Below are positions 18,219 to 27,302 of a stretch of 64,000 nucleotides of DNA, in pieces. Below the pieces are notes generated by a model, which was not told the DNA's origin, ran no database searches, and worked only from the letters and a program-made list of their open reading frames with translations. The first letter of the stretch is position 1; each line of letters starts with the position of its first letter. The position numbers and the translations under genes are program-made. This stretch comes from Candidatus Nanoarchaeia archaeon (GTDB lineage Archaea > Nanobdellota > Nanobdellia > SCGC-AAA011-G17 > JACPNG01). The stretch is taken from the NCBI GenBank assembly GCA_028713535.1, contig JAQTOC010000001.1:49573-113572 (forward strand), given 5' to 3'.

Positions 18219-18708
18219 ATTGCTCAGCTTTTACCCTTGTGTCTTTTTTTAATGTTAGAGATTCGTCCATGTCAAGAACTGCCTGACCTGTAATTGATAT
18301 CTTGTTTTTCAGGGATTCTTCTATTGAAACATTTAGTTTTGAATTTCCGTCGTTGGTTACTATGTAGTTTTCTTCTTCCTGTTCTAGTTTTAGAGATACT
18401 TTGCTTTCGATATCAAAATCTGAGGTTTTTGAGGAAAACAAACCAACCACTTTCCAGTAGATTTTTTCTAATGGCAGGTTTTCCTCAGGAACGTATGAAC
18501 AGCATGGAACTTGTTTTTTTATTGGCGAGGTAAACTCTGGATTGTTGTCTATTAAAATTGTGTAAGTCATAGGAATTCCTGTCCATTTGAATTCTGGCTT
18601 TCTTTCGTAAGTTATTTTATCCTGGGTTTTTGGAAGAGGAAACAAAATAGTCAGGATTAGAATTATCAAAATCAAATTCACGATTCCAATTTTTAATATT
18701 GTTTTCAT
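18211..18708 (-). CDS. small N-terminally anchored protein
   Basis: ATG at 18708 (MKTILKIGIVNLILIILILTILFPL) overlaps stop of upstream gene as ATGA; ORF-track start at 18720 is a GTG. Confidence 0.45.
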   Translation of the reverse strand: MKTILKIGIVNLILIILILTILFPLPKTQDKITYERKPEFKWTGIPMTYTILIDNNPEFTSPIKKQVPCCSYVPEENLPLEKIYWKVVGLFSSKTSDFDIESKVSLKLEQEEENYIVTNDGNSKLNVSIEESLKNKISITGQAVLDMDESLTLKKDTRVKAEQYE

Positions 18709-19943
18709 GCTGAAACCCACCCTGTAAATACTATGTATGCAATCTTGTCTCCTGCAGGCTCATCTAAAGGAACTTGGACTAGGAAATCTATTTCTGCTTC
18801 GTCATTTGTATCAGAATAATTCAGTTGGGAGATTGCAGTTTCATTGGATATAGGAACGTTTTGCCAGTCTAATTGAGAGGAACCGCCATTAAATGAAAGC
18901 TCTTCTCCTGCTTTTGTGTCTATCTTGTACTGAAAATAAGACGTTGGAGATTGCTTTGAGGTCCACAATCCAGTTGAGCCTTCTCCTAATGATATGTTAA
19001 CATCCACCAATGTGTTTCCATCATTTCTTATTACCAATGGAACTGGAGAGTCCTCTGTTGTATTTGATACATCTCCTACGTTAAGAGTTTCAAAGTCTGT
19101 TGAGGAGGTTGGAAGTGAGAGTATGACCTGCGAGGGAATTAAGAAAGTCCTGTTCTCTGACCAACCACCATATTCAATCCCATCAAAAGCAGACACTCTC
19201 CAAGTATAATTAACATCAACATCAAATTCTATCAAAGAAGTGTATTTTGTTGGGGTTGCTATTTCTGCTATTCCTGTTACATTTATTACAGGACTCTGGA
19301 AATCTGATGAAACTTCATCAACTTGGATAAAATATGTTATTGGATCTCCGTCTGGGTCTGTTGTGTTTGACCATTCAAAAGTTATTGTTTTATCCACTAT
19401 GGTTACATTTCCGTTTTCTGGAAGATATAAATCAACAACGTTTGGAGCATTATTTCCTGTATTAAATGAGCCTGATTCTAAGTCAACCAAGTTTGTTGAG
19501 TCTCTTGCAGTTATGTTCCATGTATACACTCCTGACAAGTCTGCTTTTATTGTTGTTGAGTTCCAGGTTATTCCGTCGAAGGTTGCATTGATATTGTCTA
19601 CAATTGCTGTTCCGTTTGGAAGAACTATTGACATGTTTACTTCAAGAAGATTACTATCTGCATCTGAAACTGTTGCAGTAAGATAAAATTCTATGTTTCT
19701 TGTTATTGTTTCTGGAATGGTTTTATTGTCTGTTATTGAAGGAGAATTGTCTGATTCTGCAAAGAAAAACCCTAGAGAATTCTGGTAGCTTGCTGATGAT
19801 GAATTCCCACTTATTGTTCCTATGAGCATGTTGTTTTGATAGCTTGCTGATGATGAATTTGTTCCTCCTGATGAAATAGTTGTTGTGTTTGAATTATAAC
19901 TATCTGAGCCAGTATTTGCTGCAATGGTTACTGTTGCAAGCAA
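18705..19943 (-). CDS. Ser/Thr/Asn-rich surface protein; either separate (TTG start) or the frameshifted C-terminal continuation of the 1127-aa protein
   Basis: First in-frame start is TTG at 19943; no ATG; N-terminus ILLATVTIAANTG looks like the tail of a hydrophobic segment; frame open upstream to 19998. Confidence 0.5.
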   Translation of the reverse strand: MLATVTIAANTGSDSYNSNTTTISSGGTNSSSASYQNNMLIGTISGNSSSASYQNSLGFFFAESDNSPSITDNKTIPETITRNIEFYLTATVSDADSNLLEVNMSIVLPNGTAIVDNINATFDGITWNSTTIKADLSGVYTWNITARDSTNLVDLESGSFNTGNNAPNVVDLYLPENGNVTIVDKTITFEWSNTTDPDGDPITYFIQVDEVSSDFQSPVINVTGIAEIATPTKYTSLIEFDVDVNYTWRVSAFDGIEYGGWSENRTFLIPSQVILSLPTSSTDFETLNVGDVSNTTEDSPVPLVIRNDGNTLVDVNISLGEGSTGLWTSKQSPTSYFQYKIDTKAGEELSFNGGSSQLDWQNVPISNETAISQLNYSDTNDEAEIDFLVQVPLDEPAGDKIAYIVFTGWVSA

Positions 19944-19954
19944 GATTAAAAATA

Positions 19955-22900
19955 TTACATAATCTGTGAGGTTTCGTTTAATTTTACTTCGCCTCCTTTA
20001 TTTATTGTAATGTACTGGCCTAGATCTGTAAAATTAAAGGATGAATTTGTCAGGTATAACTTCCCTGCGTCCTGAATTGTTAGGTTATACAAGAAATTAT
20101 AGGTTTTTTCTATCCAATGGCAGGTTGTATTTAAAAACCAGTTTGAGGCTGGAGGAGTACAAAGATCGATGTTTATAGACTCAACTTCTGTGGAGTTTAG
20201 GTAAACACTGTTGTAAATTATTTCTATGAACAAATCTTTTAGTCCTGATGTTTGAATATTTGGAGTTGTTACATTTGCTTCCCATGCAGTACCGTTATAT
20301 GCAACTTGTTCCTCTGTGAGGTTTGAACAATTTCCTGCTGAGCAGGCATCACAATTTAACCCATAACCACATCCTGCACAACTTCCTATTGCATCGCATG
20401 AAGGATTGGTTTCACTACATCCACATGTAGAGGAACAAGTTCCTGCCTGACAGACATAACTTGTTGTTCCATAACAATTTGCTGCATCCCAGGAACATCC
20501 GCATGTAGAGCAGTCTCCTTGACTTTGTCCGGTACAGGAAGCTGGAGATCCATCGCATCCAGACCAGGTGCAACCCTGAGCTACACATGTTTCTGAAGTT
20601 GATTTGGTAGCACATGCAGAAGGAGTTCCTGTACAGGCATAAACTGCGGTACAATATGTACTACAGCTAAGACAGTTGGCTTCTGTAGAACCTGCACAGA
20701 CAGCGGTACCACCTATACATCCGCCTGGGAGAGGTTCTAGGGTACAACCCTGAGTACTACAACCAGTACATGATGTTCTTGGAATACTCTCACATTCTCC
20801 TTCACCAGTACAACTTGAATATGTCCAGTCACATCCAAAGCTTTCACATGTAGATTGACCTGCTCCTGTGTGAGTTGAACAGGCAGCAGGTGCTCCTTCA
20901 CATCCATCCCAGGTACATCCACAGGTTTCACAATTTGTTTGGCTTGAATCATGAGTATCACATACATCTGGATCTCCTGCACCAGCATCATAACAATTTG
21001 CAACATCCCAAGAGCATCCACAAGAAACGCAACTACCTACGCCATAAGTTGCACACGCAGATGCTGAACCACTACAACCATAAGCTGTGTAATTACATTG
21101 ACTGCATTCATTACAGTTTTTAGTTTCGTTTGATGCTGTACAGTTTAAAGTTCCTGCACATGAATTTGTTTCTGCTATTGTTGCATCTATTCCATCGATG
21201 GTTGCGTTTGTCAGATTTACTCCAGATGTTATTTCTGTTAGATTATAAACATTAAAGAATATTGAAATAATTTCATATGCTGTTGCATTTCTTACAAGTT
21301 CTGTTGTTGGATTCAGGGCAGTTATGTTTGGTTTTTCATAAACTGTGAATGTAACTGAACTTAAATTTTCTAGTCCATCTGTTCCGTTGCTGTAAACAAA
21401 ATAGGTCTGGCTTCCAAGGCTTGGAGACAGACCTGTCAAGTTAGTTCCGCATTCAATTGTTGTATTAATATCTCCGATATTTAATGAATACCAACAAGTA
21501 TCGAGAGCTTCTGTGGTATTTGTAACTGTGTAATTCAGATCGGTAACTTCGCCTTCAACGTACGATGTATTTTCTGGATATGCTATTGCTATATCTGGGG
21601 GAAAATCTGTTATTGTTATGCAATTTCCATCCCATGGAGCCCCGTTGTAATCATATAATTCAAACCATCCTGCAGTATCATTCATTATAGTAGCAATAAA
21701 AGCATCTTTACATAAAACTCCATAGGTATTTGTATCAAATGCTCCTTCCCAAGTTTGGTGGGGAGCATCCAAATCTACAATTCCAGCATCAGATAAACTA
21801 ATGTTTACTACGTTATTAAATGCTGAACCATCTTCAACAAAATCAAAAATAAATATAGTTGAATTACTTCCACCTGTAGTGGCAAAAGTTGTTGCATTTA
21901 ATCTTACAATGGCTATCCCAGTTCTTTTTCCTAATTCCCCTGGTGGCAATGAATAAGGAGTAGAAGCAACGGCTGTTGCATCACTGTGGTTTGCGCTTGC
22001 CAGATAATAATTGGCCTGAGTTGCAGCACTTGTATAATCATAATAATTGACCATGTAATAGTAATTGTTCATTACTGCGACCCTAACATTTCCAGCTGCT
22101 CCGGCACCAACGTCTACTACATAGGAAGATGATCCTTGGTTGTATTCTGTTCTTGTTTTAACTATAATATCATCAAGGTTGTTATCATAGTAACTCTGGA
22201 CTACATTAATCCTGCCTACTGCACCACCATCTTTCATACAACAATCCCCGTGAACCTGAGAGTTTTCATCTCCAGTACTTTGTATCGCACTTATATTTGA
22301 ATTAGCGAATGTGACGGTGTTAGTGCCAGTATATAAAAATCCCCTTGCCCTAATCATATTATCATTGTTATTTATCCATTCAATTACAAAATCTGTGGAG
22401 TTAACAACAACTATATTATTGCTTCTATCATATAATCCTGTAGTTGTATCAGCAGTAGCTCCATTTAATTTTGTTCCAGAAGAAGAACCCCCGTTTAACA
22501 TTCCTGCAATATCAAATATCTCAAAATCTATTTGAGTAGCATTTCCATTTTGTCCAACTACAACAAAGGACGTATCATTTAATCCACCAATATCAACTGG
22601 ATGGGAAGTACATTGTGCTCCTGTTGTGGAAAATCCAAATGTTGTTTCCCATGTAGAACCAATCTGAGTTCCGTTAACATCAAATACTGCAATGTGATAA
22701 ATATTATCTATATCATTACACCATGCCATTGCAACATAAGAATTGTTTAAGATTGTGACTGAGGCCTGGGTATCTGTATTTGTTGCTGTGGTGAATATGG
22801 CTGTTCCAAACCCAATCAGAACTTTTTGTTCTGGGATTACCTCATCAACATGGACTTCTATGGAACTTTCCTCCAGGAAGTTTATCTGGGAGATATTTGT

Positions 22901-23338
22901 AGATATTTTGTTTCCTTCAGTCCTAACAGGAAGTTTGTCCAGATTGTCAAAATCAGAAATTACTTCTTCAAGAGATTTTTCTGTTGATAGATAATTATCC
23001 TTTAAGTCTGATATACATCTTATTTTTTCTTCATCAAATTTAGACTTGCAATTTTCTATTTCTTTTTTTATTATTTCTTTTGGTTTTATTGTGATTATAA
23101 ACGTGTTTTTATCGTTTTGGATAATATTGAAGTCCAGATATGCTTCAAAATAGTCTTGTTTTTCAACTTGCATTCTTAAGTTTTTTTCTGGGAATTGTGT
23201 GAATAGTTTTGGAGAGGTTTTGATGACGTTGGTTGTTGTTTCTTTGTATTTTAGCAGGAGAATTATAATTAATATAATAAAAATAGTGATTGCTAATAAA
23301 AATAGTATTTTTTTCTTATTGAGAGGATTTTTGGTCAT
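19955..23338 (-). CDS. giant 1127-aa surface protein with N-terminal TM anchor and Cys-rich (CxCGC[ST]WD) module
   Basis: MTKNPLNKKKILFLLAITIFIILIIILLL TM; ~70 Cys concentrated in residues ~770-1000; start 1 nt after stop of upstream giant gene. Confidence 0.75.
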   Translation of the reverse strand: MTKNPLNKKKILFLLAITIFIILIIILLLKYKETTTNVIKTSPKLFTQFPEKNLRMQVEKQDYFEAYLDFNIIQNDKNTFIITIKPKEIIKKEIENCKSKFDEEKIRCISDLKDNYLSTEKSLEEVISDFDNLDKLPVRTEGNKISTNISQINFLEESSIEVHVDEVIPEQKVLIGFGTAIFTTATNTDTQASVTILNNSYVAMAWCNDIDNIYHIAVFDVNGTQIGSTWETTFGFSTTGAQCTSHPVDIGGLNDTSFVVVGQNGNATQIDFEIFDIAGMLNGGSSSGTKLNGATADTTTGLYDRSNNIVVVNSTDFVIEWINNNDNMIRARGFLYTGTNTVTFANSNISAIQSTGDENSQVHGDCCMKDGGAVGRINVVQSYYDNNLDDIIVKTRTEYNQGSSSYVVDVGAGAAGNVRVAVMNNYYYMVNYYDYTSAATQANYYLASANHSDATAVASTPYSLPPGELGKRTGIAIVRLNATTFATTGGSNSTIFIFDFVEDGSAFNNVVNISLSDAGIVDLDAPHQTWEGAFDTNTYGVLCKDAFIATIMNDTAGWFELYDYNGAPWDGNCITITDFPPDIAIAYPENTSYVEGEVTDLNYTVTNTTEALDTCWYSLNIGDINTTIECGTNLTGLSPSLGSQTYFVYSNGTDGLENLSSVTFTVYEKPNITALNPTTELVRNATAYEIISIFFNVYNLTEITSGVNLTNATIDGIDATIAETNSCAGTLNCTASNETKNCNECSQCNYTAYGCSGSASACATYGVGSCVSCGCSWDVANCYDAGAGDPDVCDTHDSSQTNCETCGCTWDGCEGAPAACSTHTGAGQSTCESFGCDWTYSSCTGEGECESIPRTSCTGCSTQGCTLEPLPGGCIGGTAVCAGSTEANCLSCSTYCTAVYACTGTPSACATKSTSETCVAQGCTWSGCDGSPASCTGQSQGDCSTCGCSWDAANCYGTTSYVCQAGTCSSTCGCSETNPSCDAIGSCAGCGYGLNCDACSAGNCSNLTEEQVAYNGTAWEANVTTPNIQTSGLKDLFIEIIYNSVYLNSTEVESINIDLCTPPASNWFLNTTCHWIEKTYNFLYNLTIQDAGKLYLTNSSFNFTDLGQYITINKGGEVKLNETSQIM

Positions 23339-23339
23339 T

Positions 23340-26300
23340 TTAGTTTACCTTAAAAATTAAATCAGTTCCGTCAAAGTAGATCATGGCGTTGTCCTCGTCC
23401 CCCAGGTAAATTATATCATTGGTTTTTACTTTAACACCCTGGGCTGTAATGTTGTTTGTTACATTGAGATTTGCAGGGAATACATAGTCATTTGCAGTAG
23501 TGCCAAAGGTTCCATTTACTATCTTAGAAGGATTTATTTCTGCTGAAGCATTTATATCTGCGTTATTTATTTCTCCGCACGTTAAAACTCCTGCCTCGGT
23601 CTTTAGCACACAGGATGTGAAACTATCTAGATATAACCCCTGGGTGAAGTTAGTGTCTGTTTCAAAGGTCTGATTTATTGTAAATATCTGGCTGTTATTC
23701 AGGTATGATACATTTACATTGTCAAATGGAATATCACCTACAATGTGAGTTGTTAATGAAGCGTTATTCTCAGTTGTTTCTTTCACTAAGTTAGTCAGAG
23801 ATATATTATTTTCAGTAACGGTTGTGTTTACTCCTTCTATTGTGATGTTTATTGCGGTATCATCAAATGCGGTTGTATCATCTGTTGTACAATATAGATT
23901 TCCTCCTGTATCTGTGCTAACTACATCACAACTAGTTAAATTGCTTAGGACTGGAGAATACATCATTGAGGTTTGGCTATCAAAGGTTATGTCTCCAGTA
24001 AAGTTCTGAGTGTTGTTTAAGTAGGAAACATTTACATTGTCAAATGGAATATCCCCTGCAATGTGGGTTGTTAATGAAGCGTTATTCTCAGTTATTTCTT
24101 TCACCAAGTTGGTCAGAGATATATTATTTTCAGTAACGGTTGTGTTTACTCCTGTTATGGTTATGTTTATAGATCCATCATCGAAAGAGCCTCCGGCATC
24201 GTCTGAACCACAAACCAAATTACCCCCTGCATCTGTATCAATTGTATCACAGCTTGTTAAATTACTTAATTTAGGACTTGAATCAAATATTATTGTTTCA
24301 TTTGTAATCTGCACTGGTCCATTGAATGTTGCAGTCTGATTTGTAAATGCCACATTTGTTAAATCACTACCTGTTCCTGAATCATCTGAGCCACACACTA
24401 AATTTCCTTGGCTGTCTGTATCAATTGTATCACAGCTTGTTAAATTACTTAATTTAGGACTTGAATCAAATATTATTGTTTCATTTGTAATCTGCACTGG
24501 TCCATTGAATGTTGCAGTCTGATTTGTAAATGCAACGTTTGTCAAATCATCGCTTCCACCCAAATCAGTTCCACAAACCAAGTTACCCTGGGAATCTGTA
24601 TCTATTGTGTTACAATTAGTTAAATTGCTTAATATAGGGGAGTACATCATTGAAACCTGGCTGTCAAAGGTTATGTCTCCAGTAAAGTTCTGAGTGTTAT
24701 TTAAGTAGGATACGTTAATACTATCAAACTGTACATCACTTGCAAGATGGGCTGTTAATGAAGCGTTATTTTCAGTTGTTTCTTTTACTAAGGCTGTTAA
24801 TGAGGCATTGTTCTCAGTTACTGTTGTGTTAACTCCAGTTATTGTTATGTTTATAGATCCATCATCGAAAGAGCCTCCAGCATTATCTGAACCACAAACC
24901 AAATTACCCCCTGCATCTGTATCAATAGTATCACAGCTTGTTAAATTACTTAATTTAGGACTTGAATCAAATATTATTGTTTCATTTGTAATCTGCACTG
25001 GTCCATTGAATGTTGCAGTCTGATTTGTGAAAGCTACATTAGTTAACTCTGTTGAACCTGCTCCAGTATTGTCTGAACCGCATACTAAGTTACCCTGAGA
25101 ATCTGTATCTATTGTGTCACAACTTGTTAGATTGCTAAGAACAGGACTTGAGTCCATAATAATAGTTTCATTAGTAATATGAACTGGACCTGTGAAGTTA
25201 GCAGTCTGATTTGTAAATGCTACATTTGTAAGATCTGTTGAACCTGCTCCTGCATTATCAGTTCCACAAACTAAATTTCCTTCTGAGTCTGTATCTATTG
25301 TGTCACAACTTGTAAGATTACTTAATTTAGGAGTTGAGTCAAATATTATTGTTTCATTAGTAATATGAACCGGACCTGTAAAGTTAGCAGTTTGATTTGT
25401 GAAAGCTACATTTGTTAAATCGCCACCAGCACCTGAATCTGTTCCGCAAACTAATACGCCAGATGTTGTTTTTAATGTGCAGGATTCAAAACTATCCAGG
25501 TATAAATTTCCTGTTAAGTTTGTATCCCCCTGTACTGTCAATGAATGTGTTGGAGATTCACTTCCGATTCCTACTTTATCGGTTGGGTTTGATAAAGTAA
25601 CTGAACCTTCTGACCTGTTCCATGCACTTGAATTTAGAGTTTCTGAACTTCCTCCTGTAAGCCAAGATGGAATGTTTACTATTTCTGAATTCCAGTCTAC
25701 ACATTGTGTACAAGATAGATTATAAGCGATGTCTGCAACAAATGAATAAGGACTTGAAGTCATGTTTACTCTTGGAGTCATTTCTGAATCACCTGAAACT
25801 GTTATTCCGAGATAATACCCTTTGTCAAAACTAAGATTTATTGGCTGGTCTAATCCAAGAGTTGCTGAATAAATCCCGTTTGAAACAGGAACTGTCAAAC
25901 TTTCTTCCCATAAACCAGAACCTCCGCTGTAAACATCATATACCTTGAATAACATTACAGTGTCGCCGTTTACGCTTGATCCTGCTGAATCTGTAAGCTT
26001 ACCATGGACGCTTATTGTCTGAGGGAATTCTGAGGCGTAGTTGTAGGCGTTTGCTGACTCTGTTCCAAATGTTATTTTTAGTATATGAGAGCCGGTTCCA
26101 AGAACTTCTGAGGTTTCTTTTGATGATTCTGAGCAGGCATAACTTGGGACAAACACTTTTCCGTTTGTCAATGAAGAAGTTATCACTGAGTTTCCGCATT
26201 TTAAGTTTATGAAATCTAGGTCTTTTGAAAATGAGGTTCCTTCAATGGGTTCAATTGTAAGGTCTGCTGTCCCAAAAGTCTGGAAGTTAACTTCCCAATA

Positions 26301-27302
26301 ATCCCCTACCTGAGGGTAGGACTGAATGTTTAATACTGTTAGATTACTTCCAACATAACCTGAAAATGAATTTACCTTAAATGTTATTGAATCTCCGTTG
26401 TCTGTAAATGGAATTGCTGTTTTATCCCAGCTTGGACAGTAGCCTGATTCTGGGTTGAATGAAGGGCATTTCAAGATTATGTTTACTGTGTCGTATTTTG
26501 GAAGTGTGATTGTTGCTTCCTCAATTTCCACTGAGGGGAATGCAAACACATCTGTTGTGAATCTTGGGTCGTTTACTGTGTCAAGGAAGCTTACTATGTT
26601 TTCTGATTTTAATCCTTTTATGTTAATTTCTGCCTGATTGTTTTTTCCTTTTGACAAAAGTGCTATTGCGTCTGGAGAGGTTTTAAGAGTTAACTCATAG
26701 CCTTTTTCTGTTTCTTTTATTTCCTGATTTAGCTGTTTTCCTTTCTGGACTAGATTTATTTTTGAGGTTTTGTTTGTTTCTGTTATGTTTGTAATATTTT
26801 CCTCAACGGTAATGTTTTCTTCTACTGGAATCTCAATTATTTCAGGAACTGGAATTTCTATTGTTGTATTTTCATCTTCTGGAACGCTTATTGTTATGTT
26901 TTCATTTGTTTCATTTAATTCTATTATTTCTGGCTGAGCAGGTAGATCTTCCTGGGTTACTGTTACTTTCTTGCTATCAATAACAACTCCGTTTACAATT
27001 AAATCAATATAGGCTTCTCCTGGCTCTGAGATGTTGTAGTCTTCTAAGTTGATTATTATTTTATTGTCTTTTACTATTTCACTTAATGGAACATCTTTTA
27101 TGTAATTGTTTAAAGTAAATCTTACTAAGGTATTTTCAACCGGAATTGTTTCATTGTATTCAAACTCTACTAAACCAACTACGTTTCCAAGATATTCAAA
27201 CATGTTGAAATAATTAAGAACAATTGCTGCAAGGATTATTATGATCACTACTACCAATGGATATTTGTTTTTCTTTTTGTAGTTAATCTGGTTTACTTTC
27301 AT
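23340..27302 (-). CDS. giant 1320-aa N-terminally anchored surface protein with long, near-identical internal tandem repeats (fibre/adhesin-like)
   Basis: MKVNQINYKKKNKYPLVVVIIIILAAIVL anchor; 61-aa repeat LTNVAFTNQTA.F.GPV.ITNETII.DS.P.LSNLTSCDTIDTD..GNLVCG.D in several copies inside 228-aa super-repeats; very high N-x-S/T density. Confidence 0.75.
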   Translation of the reverse strand: MKVNQINYKKKNKYPLVVVIIIILAAIVLNYFNMFEYLGNVVGLVEFEYNETIPVENTLVRFTLNNYIKDVPLSEIVKDNKIIINLEDYNISEPGEAYIDLIVNGVVIDSKKVTVTQEDLPAQPEIIELNETNENITISVPEDENTTIEIPVPEIIEIPVEENITVEENITNITETNKTSKINLVQKGKQLNQEIKETEKGYELTLKTSPDAIALLSKGKNNQAEINIKGLKSENIVSFLDTVNDPRFTTDVFAFPSVEIEEATITLPKYDTVNIILKCPSFNPESGYCPSWDKTAIPFTDNGDSITFKVNSFSGYVGSNLTVLNIQSYPQVGDYWEVNFQTFGTADLTIEPIEGTSFSKDLDFINLKCGNSVITSSLTNGKVFVPSYACSESSKETSEVLGTGSHILKITFGTESANAYNYASEFPQTISVHGKLTDSAGSSVNGDTVMLFKVYDVYSGGSGLWEESLTVPVSNGIYSATLGLDQPINLSFDKGYYLGITVSGDSEMTPRVNMTSSPYSFVADIAYNLSCTQCVDWNSEIVNIPSWLTGGSSETLNSSAWNRSEGSVTLSNPTDKVGIGSESPTHSLTVQGDTNLTGNLYLDSFESCTLKTTSGVLVCGTDSGAGGDLTNVAFTNQTANFTGPVHITNETIIFDSTPKLSNLTSCDTIDTDSEGNLVCGTDNAGAGSTDLTNVAFTNQTANFTGPVHITNETIIMDSSPVLSNLTSCDTIDTDSQGNLVCGSDNTGAGSTELTNVAFTNQTATFNGPVQITNETIIFDSSPKLSNLTSCDTIDTDAGGNLVCGSDNAGGSFDDGSINITITGVNTTVTENNASLTALVKETTENNASLTAHLASDVQFDSINVSYLNNTQNFTGDITFDSQVSMMYSPILSNLTNCNTIDTDSQGNLVCGTDLGGSDDLTNVAFTNQTATFNGPVQITNETIIFDSSPKLSNLTSCDTIDTDSQGNLVCGSDDSGTGSDLTNVAFTNQTATFNGPVQITNETIIFDSSPKLSNLTSCDTIDTDAGGNLVCGSDDAGGSFDDGSINITITGVNTTVTENNISLTNLVKEITENNASLTTHIAGDIPFDNVNVSYLNNTQNFTGDITFDSQTSMMYSPVLSNLTSCDVVSTDTGGNLYCTTDDTTAFDDTAINITIEGVNTTVTENNISLTNLVKETTENNASLTTHIVGDIPFDNVNVSYLNNSQIFTINQTFETDTNFTQGLYLDSFTSCVLKTEAGVLTCGEINNADINASAEINPSKIVNGTFGTTANDYVFPANLNVTNNITAQGVKVKTNDIIYLGDEDNAMIYFDGTDLIFKVN
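23900..25450. repeat. intragenic direct tandem repeats (183-nt unit; 684-nt super-unit) inside 23340..27302
   Basis: 24233-24352 and 24416-24535 are identical over ~120 nt (offset 183). 24160-24345 vs 24844-25029 are ~97% identical (offset 684 = 228 codons). Further diverged copies lie near 24600, 25110 and 25290. Confidence 0.8.

Noticed and set aside
23900-25450. CRISPR array?
   Set aside because: The repeats are 183 or 684 nt long, in-frame, and inside a continuous ORF. There is no short repeat-spacer periodicity and no cas genes anywhere in the window.
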